This document shows, piece by piece, positions 10,960-21,711 of a stretch of 64,000 nt of DNA. The position numbers and the translations under genes are program-made. The stretch is from an uncultured Alphaproteobacteria bacterium (GTDB lineage: Bacteria > Pseudomonadota > Alphaproteobacteria > DATDPM01), in NCBI GenBank assembly GCA_963841995.1, contig CAWJEX010000011.1, forward strand, positions 67,105 through 131,104. The letters are read 5' to 3'. Under the pieces are notes generated by a model. It searched no databases and was not told the origin of the DNA. It worked only from the letters and a program-made list of their open reading frames with translations. Each line of letters opens with the position of its first letter. Within the stretch, counting starts at the first letter, position 1.

Positions 10960-11481
10960 TTATTCGAAGCGTTCGTCGTCCAGAACGCCCCAAATCTCGG
11001 TCCGCTTCATATAGCCTCTGAAGCCCGAGATCTCGAGGCGGCACCACGCATGCTCGCAAGACAGGACGTGCCCGATGACCCCCGGCTCGACCTTCGCCAC
11101 GATCGGCGAGGCTTCGTCGGCGCTTCGTCTCAAGGCCCGCATCTCGTTCATCACGACGGCGGTACGGTTCCCGGAAAGCATATTTTGGTGGACCCAGCCC
11201 TCGGTTCCCTGCCAATCGCGAATTTTTCTCCAGTGCTCGAACTCGGCGACGATTTCGACGGGCATGCTCTTGCGCACCAAGACCCAATCGACCGGGTAGC
11301 GGGCCCCGGGGCCGGTCCGGACATTGACTTTCGGGGCATGAATCGAGACGAAGCGGGGGACGGGCAAGCCGCTTTGGGCTAGGCCGAAACCGGTTACGGC
11401 GAGCCATAGTCCCAAGGCCAGCGCTCCGAAGCGATATCCGGCAGGAACAGAAGTGCGGCCTAAAGAATGCGCCTTGGGCAT
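10960..11481 (-). CDS. Exported tandem bacterial SH3-domain protein
   Basis: Signal peptide; SGLPVPRFVS, VNVRTGPG.RYP, WRKIRDWQGTEGWV. Confidence 0.9.
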   Translation of the reverse strand: MPKAHSLGRTSVPAGYRFGALALGLWLAVTGFGLAQSGLPVPRFVSIHAPKVNVRTGPGARYPVDWVLVRKSMPVEIVAEFEHWRKIRDWQGTEGWVHQNMLSGNRTAVVMNEMRALRRSADEASPIVAKVEPGVIGHVLSCEHAWCRLEISGFRGYMKRTEIWGVLDDERFE

Positions 11482-11673
11482 GGGGCGCGCATTATAAGGG
11501 CGGGCGGAAACGGCAGGTCAAGCCGTTGCCGCTAGGGCTCGGCCGGGCCGGATAAGGCGGGCCCGGACATTTACTGGACAAGGCAGCGCCATCTTGTTAT
11601 GGGCGTGGCGAACAAAGACGGGCCGCGGCGTAGCAGGGCCCGTGCCCAAGGAAACCGGCTGGAGTAGGCAAAA

Positions 11674-12660
11674 ATGGCGCGCAAGAGGCCCGTGGTGATC
11701 GTCACCCGGAAAATCCCGGACGTGATCGAGGCCCGGATGGTGGAGCTTTTCGAGACGCGCCTCAATACGGCGGACAAGCCGATGAGCCAGACGGATCTGA
11801 TTGCGGCCGTTAAGGATGCCGACGTTTTGGTCCCGACCGTGACCGACCGGATCAATTCCTCGGTGCTGTCCCAGGCCGGGCCACGGCTCAAGCTGATCGC
11901 CAATTTCGGCACCGGCGTCGACAATATCGATCTCGCCACCGCCCGCCAGCGCGGCATCGTGGTCACCAATACGCCCGGCGTATTAACCGAGGACACCGCC
12001 GACATGACCATGGCGCTTATTCTGGCCGTGCCGCGGCGGCTGGTTGAAGGCGAGCGGCTGGTGCGCTCGGGCGAGTGGAAAGGATGGAGCCCGGTCTCCA
12101 TGCTCGGCCACCGCATCTGGGGCAAGAAGTTGGGGATTATCGGCATGGGCCGGATCGGCTGCGCGGTCGCGAAGCGCGCCAAGGGATTCGGCATCGCCAT
12201 TCACTATCACAACCGCCGCCGGATTTCCGCCGACGTCGAAAAAGAATTGGAGGCGACCTATTGGGAGAGCCTCGATCAAATGTTGGCGCATATGGATATC
12301 GTCTCAATCAATTGCCCGCATACGCCCGCAACGTTCCATCTGCTGTCGTCGCGGCGTCTCAAATTGATGAAGCCCGATGCCTATATCGTCAACACCTCGC
12401 GGGGCGAAGTGATCGACGAGAACGCGCTCGCCCGGATGCTGCGCGCGGGCGAGATTGCGGGCGCCGGACTAGACGTGTTCGAACACGAGCCGTCGATCAA
12501 TCCGAAGTTGCTTGAGCTCGAAAATGCGGTGCTGTTGCCGCATATGGGTTCATCGACCCTGGAAGGCCGCATCGATATGGGCGAGAAGGTCATTATCAAT
12601 ATCAAGACCTTCGCCGACGGCCACAACCCGCCGGATCGGGTCATCGAGACGATGTTCTAG
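11674..12660 (+). CDS. D-2-hydroxyacid (glyoxylate/hydroxypyruvate) reductase
   Basis: GIIGMGRIG Rossmann motif, VNTSRG, GLDVFEHEP, LPHMGS. Confidence 0.93.
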   Translation: MARKRPVVIVTRKIPDVIEARMVELFETRLNTADKPMSQTDLIAAVKDADVLVPTVTDRINSSVLSQAGPRLKLIANFGTGVDNIDLATARQRGIVVTNTPGVLTEDTADMTMALILAVPRRLVEGERLVRSGEWKGWSPVSMLGHRIWGKKLGIIGMGRIGCAVAKRAKGFGIAIHYHNRRRISADVEKELEATYWESLDQMLAHMDIVSINCPHTPATFHLLSSRRLKLMKPDAYIVNTSRGEVIDENALARMLRAGEIAGAGLDVFEHEPSINPKLLELENAVLLPHMGSSTLEGRIDMGEKVIINIKTFADGHNPPDRVIETMF

Positions 12661-12705
12661 AGCATGATCTGGCGCGCCATCGGGGCCGGAACATCCGGGG
12701 CGGCG

Positions 12706-13161
12706 TCAAACGAAGACGATCTTTCCGTCTTCGGTCTTGTTCAGCATCGTGACGATGCCGCCTTCGACATAGGGGATATCGCTGCGCAAATCGCCGCGGC
12801 TGAACCCCATCGCGCGAAGTCCCATTTCGCAAATCATGAACGTGACGCCGAGCCCGGCGCAGGCTGAAAGCAGCTCGGCGACACTCGCGGCCCCGCGTTC
12901 TTCGAGTTGTTTGTCCCGTACGGCCGGGGAAAGTCCGCTTTCGCCCGGCGAAAGAGCGTGCCAGCCGGGTTGGCCGTCGCGATCTTTCAGCAGCGCGCGA
13001 AGCCCGCCCATCGTGAAAAACAAAATCGCCCGCGTGTTGACGGCGGCGGCCGAGCTGGCCAGCGCCAAGGCATAGTGCACCCGCTCCACATCGCCGGAAT
13101 GAACAATGATGCCCAACGCGCTTCGCGCGTCTTTCAATGCGCCGTGCGGGTCTTTAGCCAT
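12706..13161 (-). CDS. DsrE/DsrF-like (peroxiredoxin/sulfur-carrier) protein
   Basis: IIVHSG..ERVHYALALASSAAA, LFFTMGG, GVTFMICEMG; ATG 13161 overlaps the moeB stop. Confidence 0.8.
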   Translation of the reverse strand: MAKDPHGALKDARSALGIIVHSGDVERVHYALALASSAAAVNTRAILFFTMGGLRALLKDRDGQPGWHALSPGESGLSPAVRDKQLEERGAASVAELLSACAGLGVTFMICEMGLRAMGFSRGDLRSDIPYVEGGIVTMLNKTEDGKIVFV

Positions 13162-13945
13162 GACCGCCGATCTCGGTGATCGTCGGGCGATCGCCGCAAA
13201 GCGGGCAATCGGGATCGCGGTGAATGCGGATCTTGCGGAACACCGCCGACAGCGCGTCATAGACAAGGAGCGAACCGGATAGTCCCTCGCCGATCTGCAG
13301 GAGCTCTTTGATTACCTCGGTCGCTTGAATCGAGCCCGCGGCGCCGGCCAGCGCACCCAAGACGCCGCCTTCCGAACAAGTCGGGATAAGCCCCGCTGGC
13401 GGTGGCTCGCGGAACAGACAGCGATAACAGGGATTGTCGCCCGGCTGATAAGCGCGGAAGGTCGAAAGTTGCGCATCGAAACGCAGGATCGCCGCCATCA
13501 CCAGCGGTTTTTTGGCGCAATAACAGGCGTCGTTCAACAGATAGCGGGTCTCGAAATTGTCGGACCCATCGGCGATAAGATCGTAACCGGCGATGATGCC
13601 GGCCACATTGCGCGTCTCTATTTTTACGGGATGGGCGACGAGGGTCACGTCGGGATTGATGTCGGCGATGGTCTTTTCGGCGCTTTCGACCTTGGCCATC
13701 CCGATCCGGGATGTGCCGTGAATGACTTGGCGCTGAAGATTGGTCAGGTCGACCGTATCATGATCGGCGATGCCGATTTTGCCGACACCGGCGGCCGCCA
13801 AGTAAAGCAAAAGCGGCGAGCCCAAGCCGCCCGCCCCCACCACGAGCACCGAAGACGACAGGAGCTTCGCCTGCCCCGTCCCGCCTACTTCACGCAAACT
13901 GATGTGGCGGGCATAGCGGCGGAGCTGGTCGTCGCTGAAGTCCAT
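13154..13945 (-). CDS. moeB: MoeB/ThiF adenylyltransferase (no rhodanese domain)
   Basis: RYARH, VGAGGLG, NLQRQ, DNFETRY, PCYRC, TCSEGGVLG, CPLC. Confidence 0.9.
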   Translation of the reverse strand: MDFSDDQLRRYARHISLREVGGTGQAKLLSSSVLVVGAGGLGSPLLLYLAAAGVGKIGIADHDTVDLTNLQRQVIHGTSRIGMAKVESAEKTIADINPDVTLVAHPVKIETRNVAGIIAGYDLIADGSDNFETRYLLNDACYCAKKPLVMAAILRFDAQLSTFRAYQPGDNPCYRCLFREPPPAGLIPTCSEGGVLGALAGAAGSIQATEVIKELLQIGEGLSGSLLVYDALSAVFRKIRIHRDPDCPLCGDRPTITEIGGHG

Positions 13946-13957
13946 CGAAAAGGGCGC

Positions 13958-14941
13958 TTACAAATTCTCGAACAATGCGGTGGAGAGATAGCGCTCGGCA
14001 AAGGACGGAATGATCGCCACGATCATCTTGCCGGCCATCTCGGGCCTAGCGCCCACTTCGAGGGCCGCGGCGATGGCGGCACCGGAAGAAATGCCGACCG
14101 GAATTCCCTCGAGCCTTGCCGCCTTGCGCGCCATGGAAAAAGCGGTCTCATTTCCGATGCGAATCACTTCGTCGATCACGCTGCGGTCGAGGATTTCCGG
14201 CACGAAACCGGCGCCAATGCCTTGAATCTTGTGCGGGCCGGCAAGGCCGCCGGAAAGCACCGGACTGTCCTCGGGCTCGATCGCGATCATTTTGACGGAA
14301 GGTTTGCGGGATTTGAGCACCTGGCCGATGCCGGTGATGGTGCCGCCGGTGCCGACACCCGAGATCACCGCATCGACGCCGCCGGCGGTATCGCGCCAGA
14401 TTTCTTCGGCGGTGGTCCGGCGGTGAATTTCCGGATTGGCGGCGTTCTTGAATTGCTGAGGCATGAAGGCGTCAGGCAATTCTGTCACCAAGGCTTCCGC
14501 GCGGGCAATAGCGCCTTTCATCCCTTGCGCCGCCGGCGTGAGTTCGATTTGCGCGCCGAGCAACATCAGCATCTTGCGCCGCTCCACGGACATGCTTTCC
14601 GGCATGGTGAGGATCAGCTTGTAGCCCTTGGCGGCACAGACGAAGGCCAGCGCTATCCCGGTATTGCCGCTGGTGGGTTCGACCAGAACGGTTTTCGGGC
14701 CGATCTTCCCCGCCTGTTCCGCGGCCTCGATCATGGCAAGCCCGATCCGGTCTTTAACCGAAGCCAGCGGATTGAAGAATTCCAGCTTGGCCAGAATGTC
14801 GGCTTTGCACCCTGCCTCTTTGGCGAGCCGGTTGATGCGCACCAAGGGGGTGGCGCCGATGGTCTCAATAATGCTGTCGTAGATGCGGCCGCGAAATTCG
14901 GGCCCCGGCGCGGTTGCGGTCTTCATTGGCGCAGCTTTCAT
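13958..14941 (-). CDS. cysK: Cysteine synthase A (O-acetylserine sulfhydrylase)
   Basis: [12 protein letters not shown] lysine, [22 protein letters not shown]; GGAGG RBS. Confidence 0.97.
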   Translation of the reverse strand: MKAAPMKTATAPGPEFRGRIYDSIIETIGATPLVRINRLAKEAGCKADILAKLEFFNPLASVKDRIGLAMIEAAEQAGKIGPKTVLVEPTSGNTGIALAFVCAAKGYKLILTMPESMSVERRKMLMLLGAQIELTPAAQGMKGAIARAEALVTELPDAFMPQQFKNAANPEIHRRTTAEEIWRDTAGGVDAVISGVGTGGTITGIGQVLKSRKPSVKMIAIEPEDSPVLSGGLAGPHKIQGIGAGFVPEILDRSVIDEVIRIGNETAFSMARKAARLEGIPVGISSGAAIAAALEVGARPEMAGKMIVAIIPSFAERYLSTALFENL

Positions 14942-14987
14942 TGTGATTTCCTCCGTTTCCCCGCGAATTCCTCAGCGGTCAATATTT

Positions 14988-15443
14988 TCAAATCGAAAAG
15001 TCGAGCTTTCGATCGGCTTCGCTTTCCACACGTTCCTTGTGGGCGCGAAGGCAAAGGTCCTCGATGGTGACCGATTCCAGACGGCTCATGACCTCGGATT
15101 CGAGGTCGAGCCAAAGCGGTCGCACGACTTTGTGCCCGAGCTCGGAACCGGCCGGATCCTTGATGGGGTTGGCGGCCGTCTCCATGGTGCGCACGATCCG
15201 GGTGATGTCGGCGACGGAAATCCGCCGCCGCTCCCGTGCCAAACGGTATCCACCCTTGGGTCCGCGCACCCCGGTCAGAATTTCGGCCCGCACCAATTGT
15301 TGCAGGACCTGTTCAAGATAACGCCGCGGAATGCCCTGGCGCAGCGTGATCTCGCGGCTTTGCACCGGCTGGCTCCCCGCGTTGTAGGCGATATCGAGTA
15401 CGGCCTCGATCGCGAACAGTAGTTTTTTCGAAAGCTTCAGCAT
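14988..15443 (-). CDS. Rrf2-family transcriptional regulator (CymR-like, lacks the IscR Cys triad)
   Basis: RYLEQVLQQL, GVRGPKGGYRLAR. Confidence 0.92.
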   Translation of the reverse strand: MLKLSKKLLFAIEAVLDIAYNAGSQPVQSREITLRQGIPRRYLEQVLQQLVRAEILTGVRGPKGGYRLARERRRISVADITRIVRTMETAANPIKDPAGSELGHKVVRPLWLDLESEVMSRLESVTIEDLCLRAHKERVESEADRKLDFSI

Positions 15444-15449
15444 GGGCGG

Positions 15450-15908
15450 TTACGACCGGATTCCTCCGGTCGATCCGAAGCCATCGCCGCCGCGGTCGCT
15501 TTCTTCGAGGATTTCGGTTTCCTGCCAGTCGACGCGTGAGATCCGGCCCACGACGAGTTGGGCGATACGCATGCCCCGCGTCACCGTGAACGAAGTATCG
15601 CCCAAATTGACGAGGATGACGCCGATTTCGCCCCGATAATCCGAATCGATCGTTCCCGGCGCGTTCAGAACGGTGACCGCGTGGCGGAGTGCCAGGCCCG
15701 AGCGCGGGCGCACTTCGGCTTCGAATCCTGCGGGCAAGGCGATCTCGATGCCGGTTGGAACCATGGCGTGTTTCCCCGGCTTCAGCACGAGATCGGTCTC
15801 GACCGCCGCCATCAAATCCAGCCCGGCAGCACCCGCCGAGCCATAAGCGGGCAAGGGCAAGTCCTTGCCATGGGGAAGCCGGCGCACCGCAAGCGTCAGT
15901 GTGTTCAT
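15450..15908 (-). CDS. dut: dUTP diphosphatase
   Basis: [37 protein letters not shown]. Confidence 0.98.
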   Translation of the reverse strand: MNTLTLAVRRLPHGKDLPLPAYGSAGAAGLDLMAAVETDLVLKPGKHAMVPTGIEIALPAGFEAEVRPRSGLALRHAVTVLNAPGTIDSDYRGEIGVILVNLGDTSFTVTRGMRIAQLVVGRISRVDWQETEILEESDRGGDGFGSTGGIRS

Positions 15909-17122
15909 TGAATCCTCGTGAAATATCCGGCAATGCGCTCGGCGAGGCGCTGCGCAACTTCAACCTTCGGCAGGCGCGGCCAAGAAGTGGCACCCATCTC
16001 GTCGATGACATGAACCGCATTTTCGTCGCCGCCGAATGTGCCGGTCGCGTCACCGACATCGTTCGCCACGATCCAGTCACAGCCCTTTTCGGCACGCTTG
16101 GCCGTTGCCTTGGCGATGATCTCTTTCGCGTCCGGCTCGGTCTCGGCGGCGAATCCGATAACGAGACGGGGTCGCATATTCGATGCCGCCGATAGTGCCG
16201 CCAAAATATCCGGATTGGGCGTCAACGCGATTGCCGCCGGTGCGCCGTTCTTTTTCTTGATCTTGCGGGATTGCGGCTCGGAGGGCCGCCAATCGGCGAC
16301 GGCCGCCGCGCAAACCGCGATGTCGACCGGCAGCGCTGCTTTGCACGCTTCCAGCATCTGGGCGGCGGTTTCCACGCGAACAACCGAAACCCCGGGCGGA
16401 TTGGGCTGGGAGGTTGGCCCCGCGACCAAAATCGTTTCGGCGCCCAATCGTGCCAGGGCCGCCGCCACCGCGTGGCCTTGCTTGCCCGAAGAGCGATTGG
16501 CGATGAAACGAACCGGATCGATCGGTTCTTGGGTGGGGCCGCTGGTCACCAAAGCCCGCCGGCCCGAAAGGGGCGCACCGGTCGCAAAATAATTTTCAAC
16601 GCCGGCGACGATCTCGGAAACTTCTGCCATCCGGCCAGGCCCTTCTTCGCCGCAGGCCATGGCGCCCTCATTGGGGCCGATGCGGCGAAGGCCGCGTTTC
16701 TCGACGACCGCCAAATTGCTTTGAGTGGCGGCATTGGTCCACATGCGATGATTCATCGCCGGCGCGATCAGAACCGGCTTGTCGGTGGCGAGCAGAACGG
16801 CGCTGGCCAAATCATCGGCGCGGCCTTGCGCCACTCTCGCCAGCAGGTCGGCACTTAAGGGTGCGACGATAACCAGATCCGCTTCCCGCGACAGCCGGAT
16901 ATGGCCCATCTCGCTTTCATCGGTTAGGGAGAAGAGCTCGGAATAGACTTTGTCCTCGGAAAGGGCCGCGACCGAAAGCGGGGTCACGAATTCCGCCCCA
17001 CCTTTGGTCAACACGCAGCGCACCGATGCGCCGCGTTCCCGCAGCCGCCGAATCAGATCGAGGCTCTTATAAGCGGCGATCCCGCCAGAGATGATGAGAA
17101 GGATGCGTTTGCCGGCAAGCAT
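15905..17122 (-). CDS. coaBC: Bifunctional phosphopantothenoylcysteine decarboxylase/ligase
   Basis: [38 protein letters not shown]; start set at MLAGKRI. Confidence 0.96.
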   Translation of the reverse strand: MLAGKRILLIISGGIAAYKSLDLIRRLRERGASVRCVLTKGGAEFVTPLSVAALSEDKVYSELFSLTDESEMGHIRLSREADLVIVAPLSADLLARVAQGRADDLASAVLLATDKPVLIAPAMNHRMWTNAATQSNLAVVEKRGLRRIGPNEGAMACGEEGPGRMAEVSEIVAGVENYFATGAPLSGRRALVTSGPTQEPIDPVRFIANRSSGKQGHAVAAALARLGAETILVAGPTSQPNPPGVSVVRVETAAQMLEACKAALPVDIAVCAAAVADWRPSEPQSRKIKKKNGAPAAIALTPNPDILAALSAASNMRPRLVIGFAAETEPDAKEIIAKATAKRAEKGCDWIVANDVGDATGTFGGDENAVHVIDEMGATSWPRLPKVEVAQRLAERIAGYFTRIQ

Positions 17123-17269
17123 GTCGGTCAATACCGTAAAATCCAAAGCATTTACGCAAGAGCTTTGTATTATCGTAGCGGAGCAAAGGTGGTAGGCGCA
17201 AGCTCGATTGCTGCCAGGCGGCCCGCGCCCGAGGGGGCTGCTGGCCCGGATGTAACCGCCGGACAGGCC

Positions 17270-18823
17270 CTAGAGCAAAGCGACGAGGGAAAGAGCGATG
17301 GCCAGCGCTACCGCCAGCCAAAGCGGCCATGAGGGCGTTTGACGGGCATGCTGGGCCGCAAGCTGCTTGAGTGACTCAGGGTGCAGCCGCAAACCGCCGT
17401 CGGCAATCATGGCGGTCGCGGTTTCCATATCCCGGAGAAGGCTTGGCAGCCGATCGAGCCCGGAAACGACCTCGCGCAGGACTTCGCGAAACCGGGCCTC
17501 GGGGCTGCGATTGTCGCGCATCCATTTCTCGATGAGCGGCCGCGCCAAAATCCACATGTTGACGTTCTCGTTCAAACGCCGTCCCACCCCTTCGGCCATC
17601 AGCAAGGTTTTCTGAAGCAGCAACAACTGGGGCTGCGTTTCCATCTCGAAGGTTTTGGTCACTTGGAAGAGTTGGCCCAAAAGCCGGGCGATCGAAATTT
17701 GATGGAGCGGCAGGCCCAGGATCGGCTCGCCGATCGAGCGGCAGGCTTGGGCGAAAACATCGCGCGATTGATGGGCGGGAACATAGCCGGCGCGGAAATG
17801 CACGTCCGCCACCCGCTCGTAGTCGCCGTTCAAAAAACCGAGCAGCATGTCGGCGAGGTAATTGCGAGTCTTATGATCGAGCCGGCCCATGATCCCGAAA
17901 TCGACCGCGACAATTCGTCCCTTGGCGTCCACAGACAAATTGCCGGGATGAAGATCGGCGTGAAAAAATCCGTCCCGGAAAACTTGCGCGAAAACGAGAT
18001 TGGCCGATTTGGCGAGGATTGTGTCCGGATCGTGGCCGGCGGCGATCAAGGCCGCGCGATCGTCGATGCGAATCCCGCTAACGCGTTCCAAGGTCAGGAC
18101 GCGTCGTGCGGTGCGCGTCCAATCGATTTTCGGAACCACGAATCCGGGATCGTCGGCGAAGTTCTTCGCCAGCTCCGACGCGGCTGCGGCCTCGAGCCGC
18201 AAATCCATTTCGGCGCGCACCGTATCGGCGAATATTTTTACCGCTTCGCAAGGGCGTAAGCGCCGAAACTGAGGCTGCAACCGTTCGATCGTCTCGGCCA
18301 CCCATAAGAAAAGATCGAGATCGCGGGCGAAGGCCCGTTCGATGCCGGGGCGCAGCACCTTGACCGCGACGTCGCGGCCATCGGCCGTGGTGGCGTAATG
18401 AACCTGCGCGATCGAGGCCGCTGCAATCGGAACGTCGTCAAATCTTGCATAGAGCTGCTCCACCGGCCGGCCCAGCTCGGCCGCGACGGTTTCTCTGGCG
18501 ATGGCACCGGAAAACGGCGGCAGGCGATCCTGCAGTTCGGAGAGATCGATGGCGATCCCTTCGCCAACCAGATCGGAGCGAGTGGCGAGCATCTGGCCGA
18601 GTTTGATGAAGCTCGGGCCGAGGGTCTGCAAGGCACGCGCCAGCCGTTGTCCGGGGCGTAAGCCCGCGACCGCCGATTGAGGCCGCCAAAACACCCCGAC
18701 GAGCACAACCAGCTTCGGCGCAACCGCGAGAGATTTCAGGGCGAACAGGGCATCGAAGCGCGCCAGCGTACGGGCGATGCCGATCAGGCGCGCAAGATTG
18801 CGAAGGCTGCGCGATGCATCCAT
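17270..18823 (-). CDS. ubiB: Ubiquinone biosynthesis kinase-like protein UbiB
   Basis: LGPSFIKLGQ, AASIAQVH, VAVKV, FFHADLHPGN, DFG; start at MDASRSL. Confidence 0.96.
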   Translation of the reverse strand: MDASRSLRNLARLIGIARTLARFDALFALKSLAVAPKLVVLVGVFWRPQSAVAGLRPGQRLARALQTLGPSFIKLGQMLATRSDLVGEGIAIDLSELQDRLPPFSGAIARETVAAELGRPVEQLYARFDDVPIAAASIAQVHYATTADGRDVAVKVLRPGIERAFARDLDLFLWVAETIERLQPQFRRLRPCEAVKIFADTVRAEMDLRLEAAAASELAKNFADDPGFVVPKIDWTRTARRVLTLERVSGIRIDDRAALIAAGHDPDTILAKSANLVFAQVFRDGFFHADLHPGNLSVDAKGRIVAVDFGIMGRLDHKTRNYLADMLLGFLNGDYERVADVHFRAGYVPAHQSRDVFAQACRSIGEPILGLPLHQISIARLLGQLFQVTKTFEMETQPQLLLLQKTLLMAEGVGRRLNENVNMWILARPLIEKWMRDNRSPEARFREVLREVVSGLDRLPSLLRDMETATAMIADGGLRLHPESLKQLAAQHARQTPSWPLWLAVALAIALSLVALL

Positions 18824-18827
18824 GGGC

Positions 18828-19628
18828 TTAGAGTCGCCACGCTGAATGCAGGGCAGCAACGCCGCCGGAAAGCAGCCGGTATCGCGCGCGGCCAAAACCC
18901 GCCTCGCGCATCATTGCGGCAAGCGAATCGGCGTCAGGAAAGCGCCGGATGCTTTCGACCAGGTAACGGTACGCTTCTTCATTCCCGGCAACGACGCGGC
19001 CCAGGAGGGGCACGACGGAAAAAGAATAGCGATCGTAGAGGGCGGCGAGAATCGGCGTATCGACCCGGCTGAATTCAAGGCAGAGAAACCGGCCGCCGGG
19101 GGTGAGGACCCGATACATCTCGGCCAGGGCTTTGCGGAAATCGGTGACGTTGCGCAAACCAAAAGCAATCGTGCAGGCGTCGACCGTGACACTCGCGACA
19201 GGAAGATTTTCCGCCGAGCCGCAGACAAAACTCAAATTCCGCACGATTCCGCGATCAAGCGCCCGCGATCGCCCGACCTGCATCATCGCCTCGTTGACGT
19301 CGCAGACGATGGCTTCGGAAGCCCGTTGTCCCGATCCCGGCTTATCTTGCACCCGCGCCAGAAAACGCAGGGCAACGTCGCCGGTTCCGCCGGCGACATC
19401 GAGAAGCCGCATGCCCGCCTGCGGCGCCAGCCAATCGAGAAGTGTGTGCTTCCACAGCCGATGAATGCCGAACGACATCAAATCGTTCATCAGGTCATAG
19501 CGATCGGCGACGCCATCGAAGACGGCGCGGACAAGCGCGGATTTGTCGCTGGCGCGGACCCGGCGGAAGCCGAAGTCGGTGGTGATCTGCGCCCCGCTCG
19601 GTCGCGATTCGGGAGCGTTCGGGTCCAT
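18828..19628 (-). CDS. ubiE: Ubiquinone/menaquinone C-methyltransferase
   Basis: YDLMNDLMSFGIHRLWK, LDVAGGTGD, FGLRNV, YLVESIRRFP. Confidence 0.97.
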   Translation of the reverse strand: MDPNAPESRPSGAQITTDFGFRRVRASDKSALVRAVFDGVADRYDLMNDLMSFGIHRLWKHTLLDWLAPQAGMRLLDVAGGTGDVALRFLARVQDKPGSGQRASEAIVCDVNEAMMQVGRSRALDRGIVRNLSFVCGSAENLPVASVTVDACTIAFGLRNVTDFRKALAEMYRVLTPGGRFLCLEFSRVDTPILAALYDRYSFSVVPLLGRVVAGNEEAYRYLVESIRRFPDADSLAAMMREAGFGRARYRLLSGGVAALHSAWRL

Positions 19629-19676
19629 CGCGTAAAGATAGCGCAGGGACGCCACCCTAGGCTATATGTGCCGGCC

Positions 19677-20516
19677 ATGCCCGAATTGCCGGAAGTTGAA
19701 ACCGTGCGCCGAGCCTTGGCGGCAAGGCTCGTCGGCCGGCGATTGACCAGGGTCGAGGCGCGCCGTCCGGATTTGCGAAAGGCCCTGCCCCGCGATCTTG
19801 CGGGGCGCCTGGTCGGCCGGAAAATCACCGGGATCGAGCGCCGCGCCAAATATCTTCTTCTGAACCTCGATGACGGACATGCGTTGATCGTGCATCTCGG
19901 CATGTCCGGCCGGATGCTGCTCTATCGAAAGCCGCCGCCGCCCGGGCCGCATGACCACGTCATCTTGGGCGTCGATGACGGAACGTTCGTTTATTTCAAT
20001 GACGCACGCCGGTTCGGTTTGATGACGCTTGCCGATCAAAACGAGCTATTCCGTCATCCGCTTCTCAAGGATTTGGGCATCGAGCCGCTTGGGCCCGGTT
20101 TTAACGCGCCGTATTTGCGCGAGGCCCTGAAAAATCGCGCGACGACGATCAAAGCCGCCCTTCTCGATCAACACGTGATCGCGGGGCTCGGCAACATTTA
20201 CGTGAGCGAGGCGCTGTTCCGGGCCGGCATTTCGCCGCGTCGCCGGGCGCGGTCTCTTAGCCCGGACCGGCTGGCCCGCCTCGCCACAGCCATTTGCGCC
20301 GTGCTGAATGATGCGATCGCCGCTGGGGGTTCCACCTTACGCGATCACCGCCGGCCGGACGGCGACCCCGGCTATTTCCAGCATAATTTTACGGTCTATG
20401 GACGCGAGGGCGAAGCCTGCCCGGGTTGCGATTGCGATGTTGCGGCAACCGGCGGAATCCAGCGAATCGTCCAAGCCGGGCGCGCAACCTTTTATTGCCC
20501 GCGCCGCCAGCGCTGA
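19677..20516 (+). CDS. mutM: Formamidopyrimidine-DNA glycosylase
   Basis: MPELPEVE N-terminus at 19677, HLGMSG, GLGNIY, C-terminal zinc finger. Confidence 0.97.
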   Translation: MPELPEVETVRRALAARLVGRRLTRVEARRPDLRKALPRDLAGRLVGRKITGIERRAKYLLLNLDDGHALIVHLGMSGRMLLYRKPPPPGPHDHVILGVDDGTFVYFNDARRFGLMTLADQNELFRHPLLKDLGIEPLGPGFNAPYLREALKNRATTIKAALLDQHVIAGLGNIYVSEALFRAGISPRRRARSLSPDRLARLATAICAVLNDAIAAGGSTLRDHRRPDGDPGYFQHNFTVYGREGEACPGCDCDVAATGGIQRIVQAGRATFYCPRRQR

Positions 20517-20602
20517 CAAAAAATCGCCCGCAAGCCCGCAACCGCCGGTGCACTCTCCGGCATGCTGGCGCGATGAAATCGGCACGATGAATGTGATAGG
20601 CT

Positions 20603-21022
20603 TTGTTGATGAATTCTCTTCCCGCCCGGCACCGCAGATTCGGCTTGGTGATCGCGCTTATTGTCGTTTGCGCGTTCGTTGAGCAGCCGCTTGTAGCAGC
20701 CGAGAACGGCGGCGGCAGTTTCGTTTCGGGATTCGACGATCTTCCTCTGATGCCGGGTTTGACCCAAGTGCCCGATGCCGGAACGATGTTCGATACGCCA
20801 TCGGGCCGGGTCGTTGAGGCCTATGCGAAAGGCAAAGTCACGGTGGCCGAAGTCGCCGCTTTCTACGATAAGACCTTGCCCCATCTCGGCTGGAAAAAGG
20901 TCACGGCACACCGTTATCGCCGTGAGGGCGAGGTTCTGGATCTCGAAATCAGCGACGGGCAAGGCAGCGACGACAGGTCCACCACGGTTCGCTTCTATTT
21001 GGCGCCGAATGCCATGCCATGA
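20603..21022 (+). CDS. Exported hypothetical protein (start uncertain)
   Basis: Signal-peptide-like N-terminus followed by FVSGFDDLPLMPGL..FDTPSGRVVE..FYDKTLPHLGW; fills the mutM-rpsT gap. Confidence 0.75.
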   Translation: MLMNSLPARHRRFGLVIALIVVCAFVEQPLVAAENGGGSFVSGFDDLPLMPGLTQVPDAGTMFDTPSGRVVEAYAKGKVTVAEVAAFYDKTLPHLGWKKVTAHRYRREGEVLDLEISDGQGSDDRSTTVRFYLAPNAMP

Positions 21023-21081
21023 CCTGCGCCGGCATTGATTTTACGGGCGTTTAAGAGGCCTTTGACGACGCCGGCCTCGGC

Positions 21082-21110
21082 TTGACGGGGCGGCGGACCA
21101 AGGTTATAAG
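21082..21110 (+). promoter_or_regulatory. Sigma70 promoter of rpsT
   Basis: TTGACG-N17-TATAAG, 51 nt upstream of the ATG. Confidence 0.65.
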
Positions 21111-21161
21111 GCCCAGCCCGCGAGCGGCAGGGCTTCTCGACGGTAAACAGGGGTTTCGGCC

Positions 21162-21423
21162 ATGGCCAATATCCGTTCCGCAAAAAAGCGGACTCGTCAA
21201 ACGATCACGCGCACCGCGGTCAATCGCGTTCGGAAATCGCGGTTGCATACTTATTTGCGCAAAGTCGAAGAAGCGATCGCCGGCGGCGACAAGAAAGCCG
21301 CCCAAGCCGCGTTCCGCGTGGCGCAACCCGAGCTGATGCGCGGCGTGCACAACAAGATCGTTCACAAGAACGCCATGGCACGCAAACTATCGCGAACTCT
21401 CGGCGCGCATCAAAAAGCTTTAA
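21162..21423 (+). CDS. rpsT: 30S ribosomal protein S20 (extra base near 21396)
   Basis: [21 protein letters not shown]; removing one A gives [11 protein letters not shown] (21421-21423), the normal S20 end. Confidence 0.95.
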
Positions 21424-21711
21424 CGAAAAATTTTACGACTTCATTTTCGCGCCGCGGCATTCCATGACCGCGGCGATGTCTTGTGTCGACAGCGAACCGC
21501 CGCAGCTAGTGGTTCGTCGAGGGCAACGCACAATACTTCTGTGTACATGTGCGGGCATGTCATTGTTTCTGCCGCGATTCGTTTGCTATGTCGCGTCATC
21601 GTACCGCGTCTGATTTTTTTCCCGTTGCGCGATTCAATCGTATTGCCAGAAACGGGGTCTCTGAGTAAAGTCACCGGCGAGGGCGGGCGAGGACTTCGGA
21701 CAAATCACAAA

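Noticed and set aside
13325-15070. 581-aa plus-strand ORF
   Set aside because: Antisense shadow of moeB-cysK
18846-19676. Long N-terminal extension of mutM in the ORF track
   Set aside because: Lies antisense to ubiE; MutM needs its N-terminal catalytic Pro (MPELPEV at 19677)
21051-21066. CtrA-like site TTAA-N7-TTGAC upstream of rpsT
   Set aside because: One mismatch and a single occurrence; the TTGAC may simply be a -35 element
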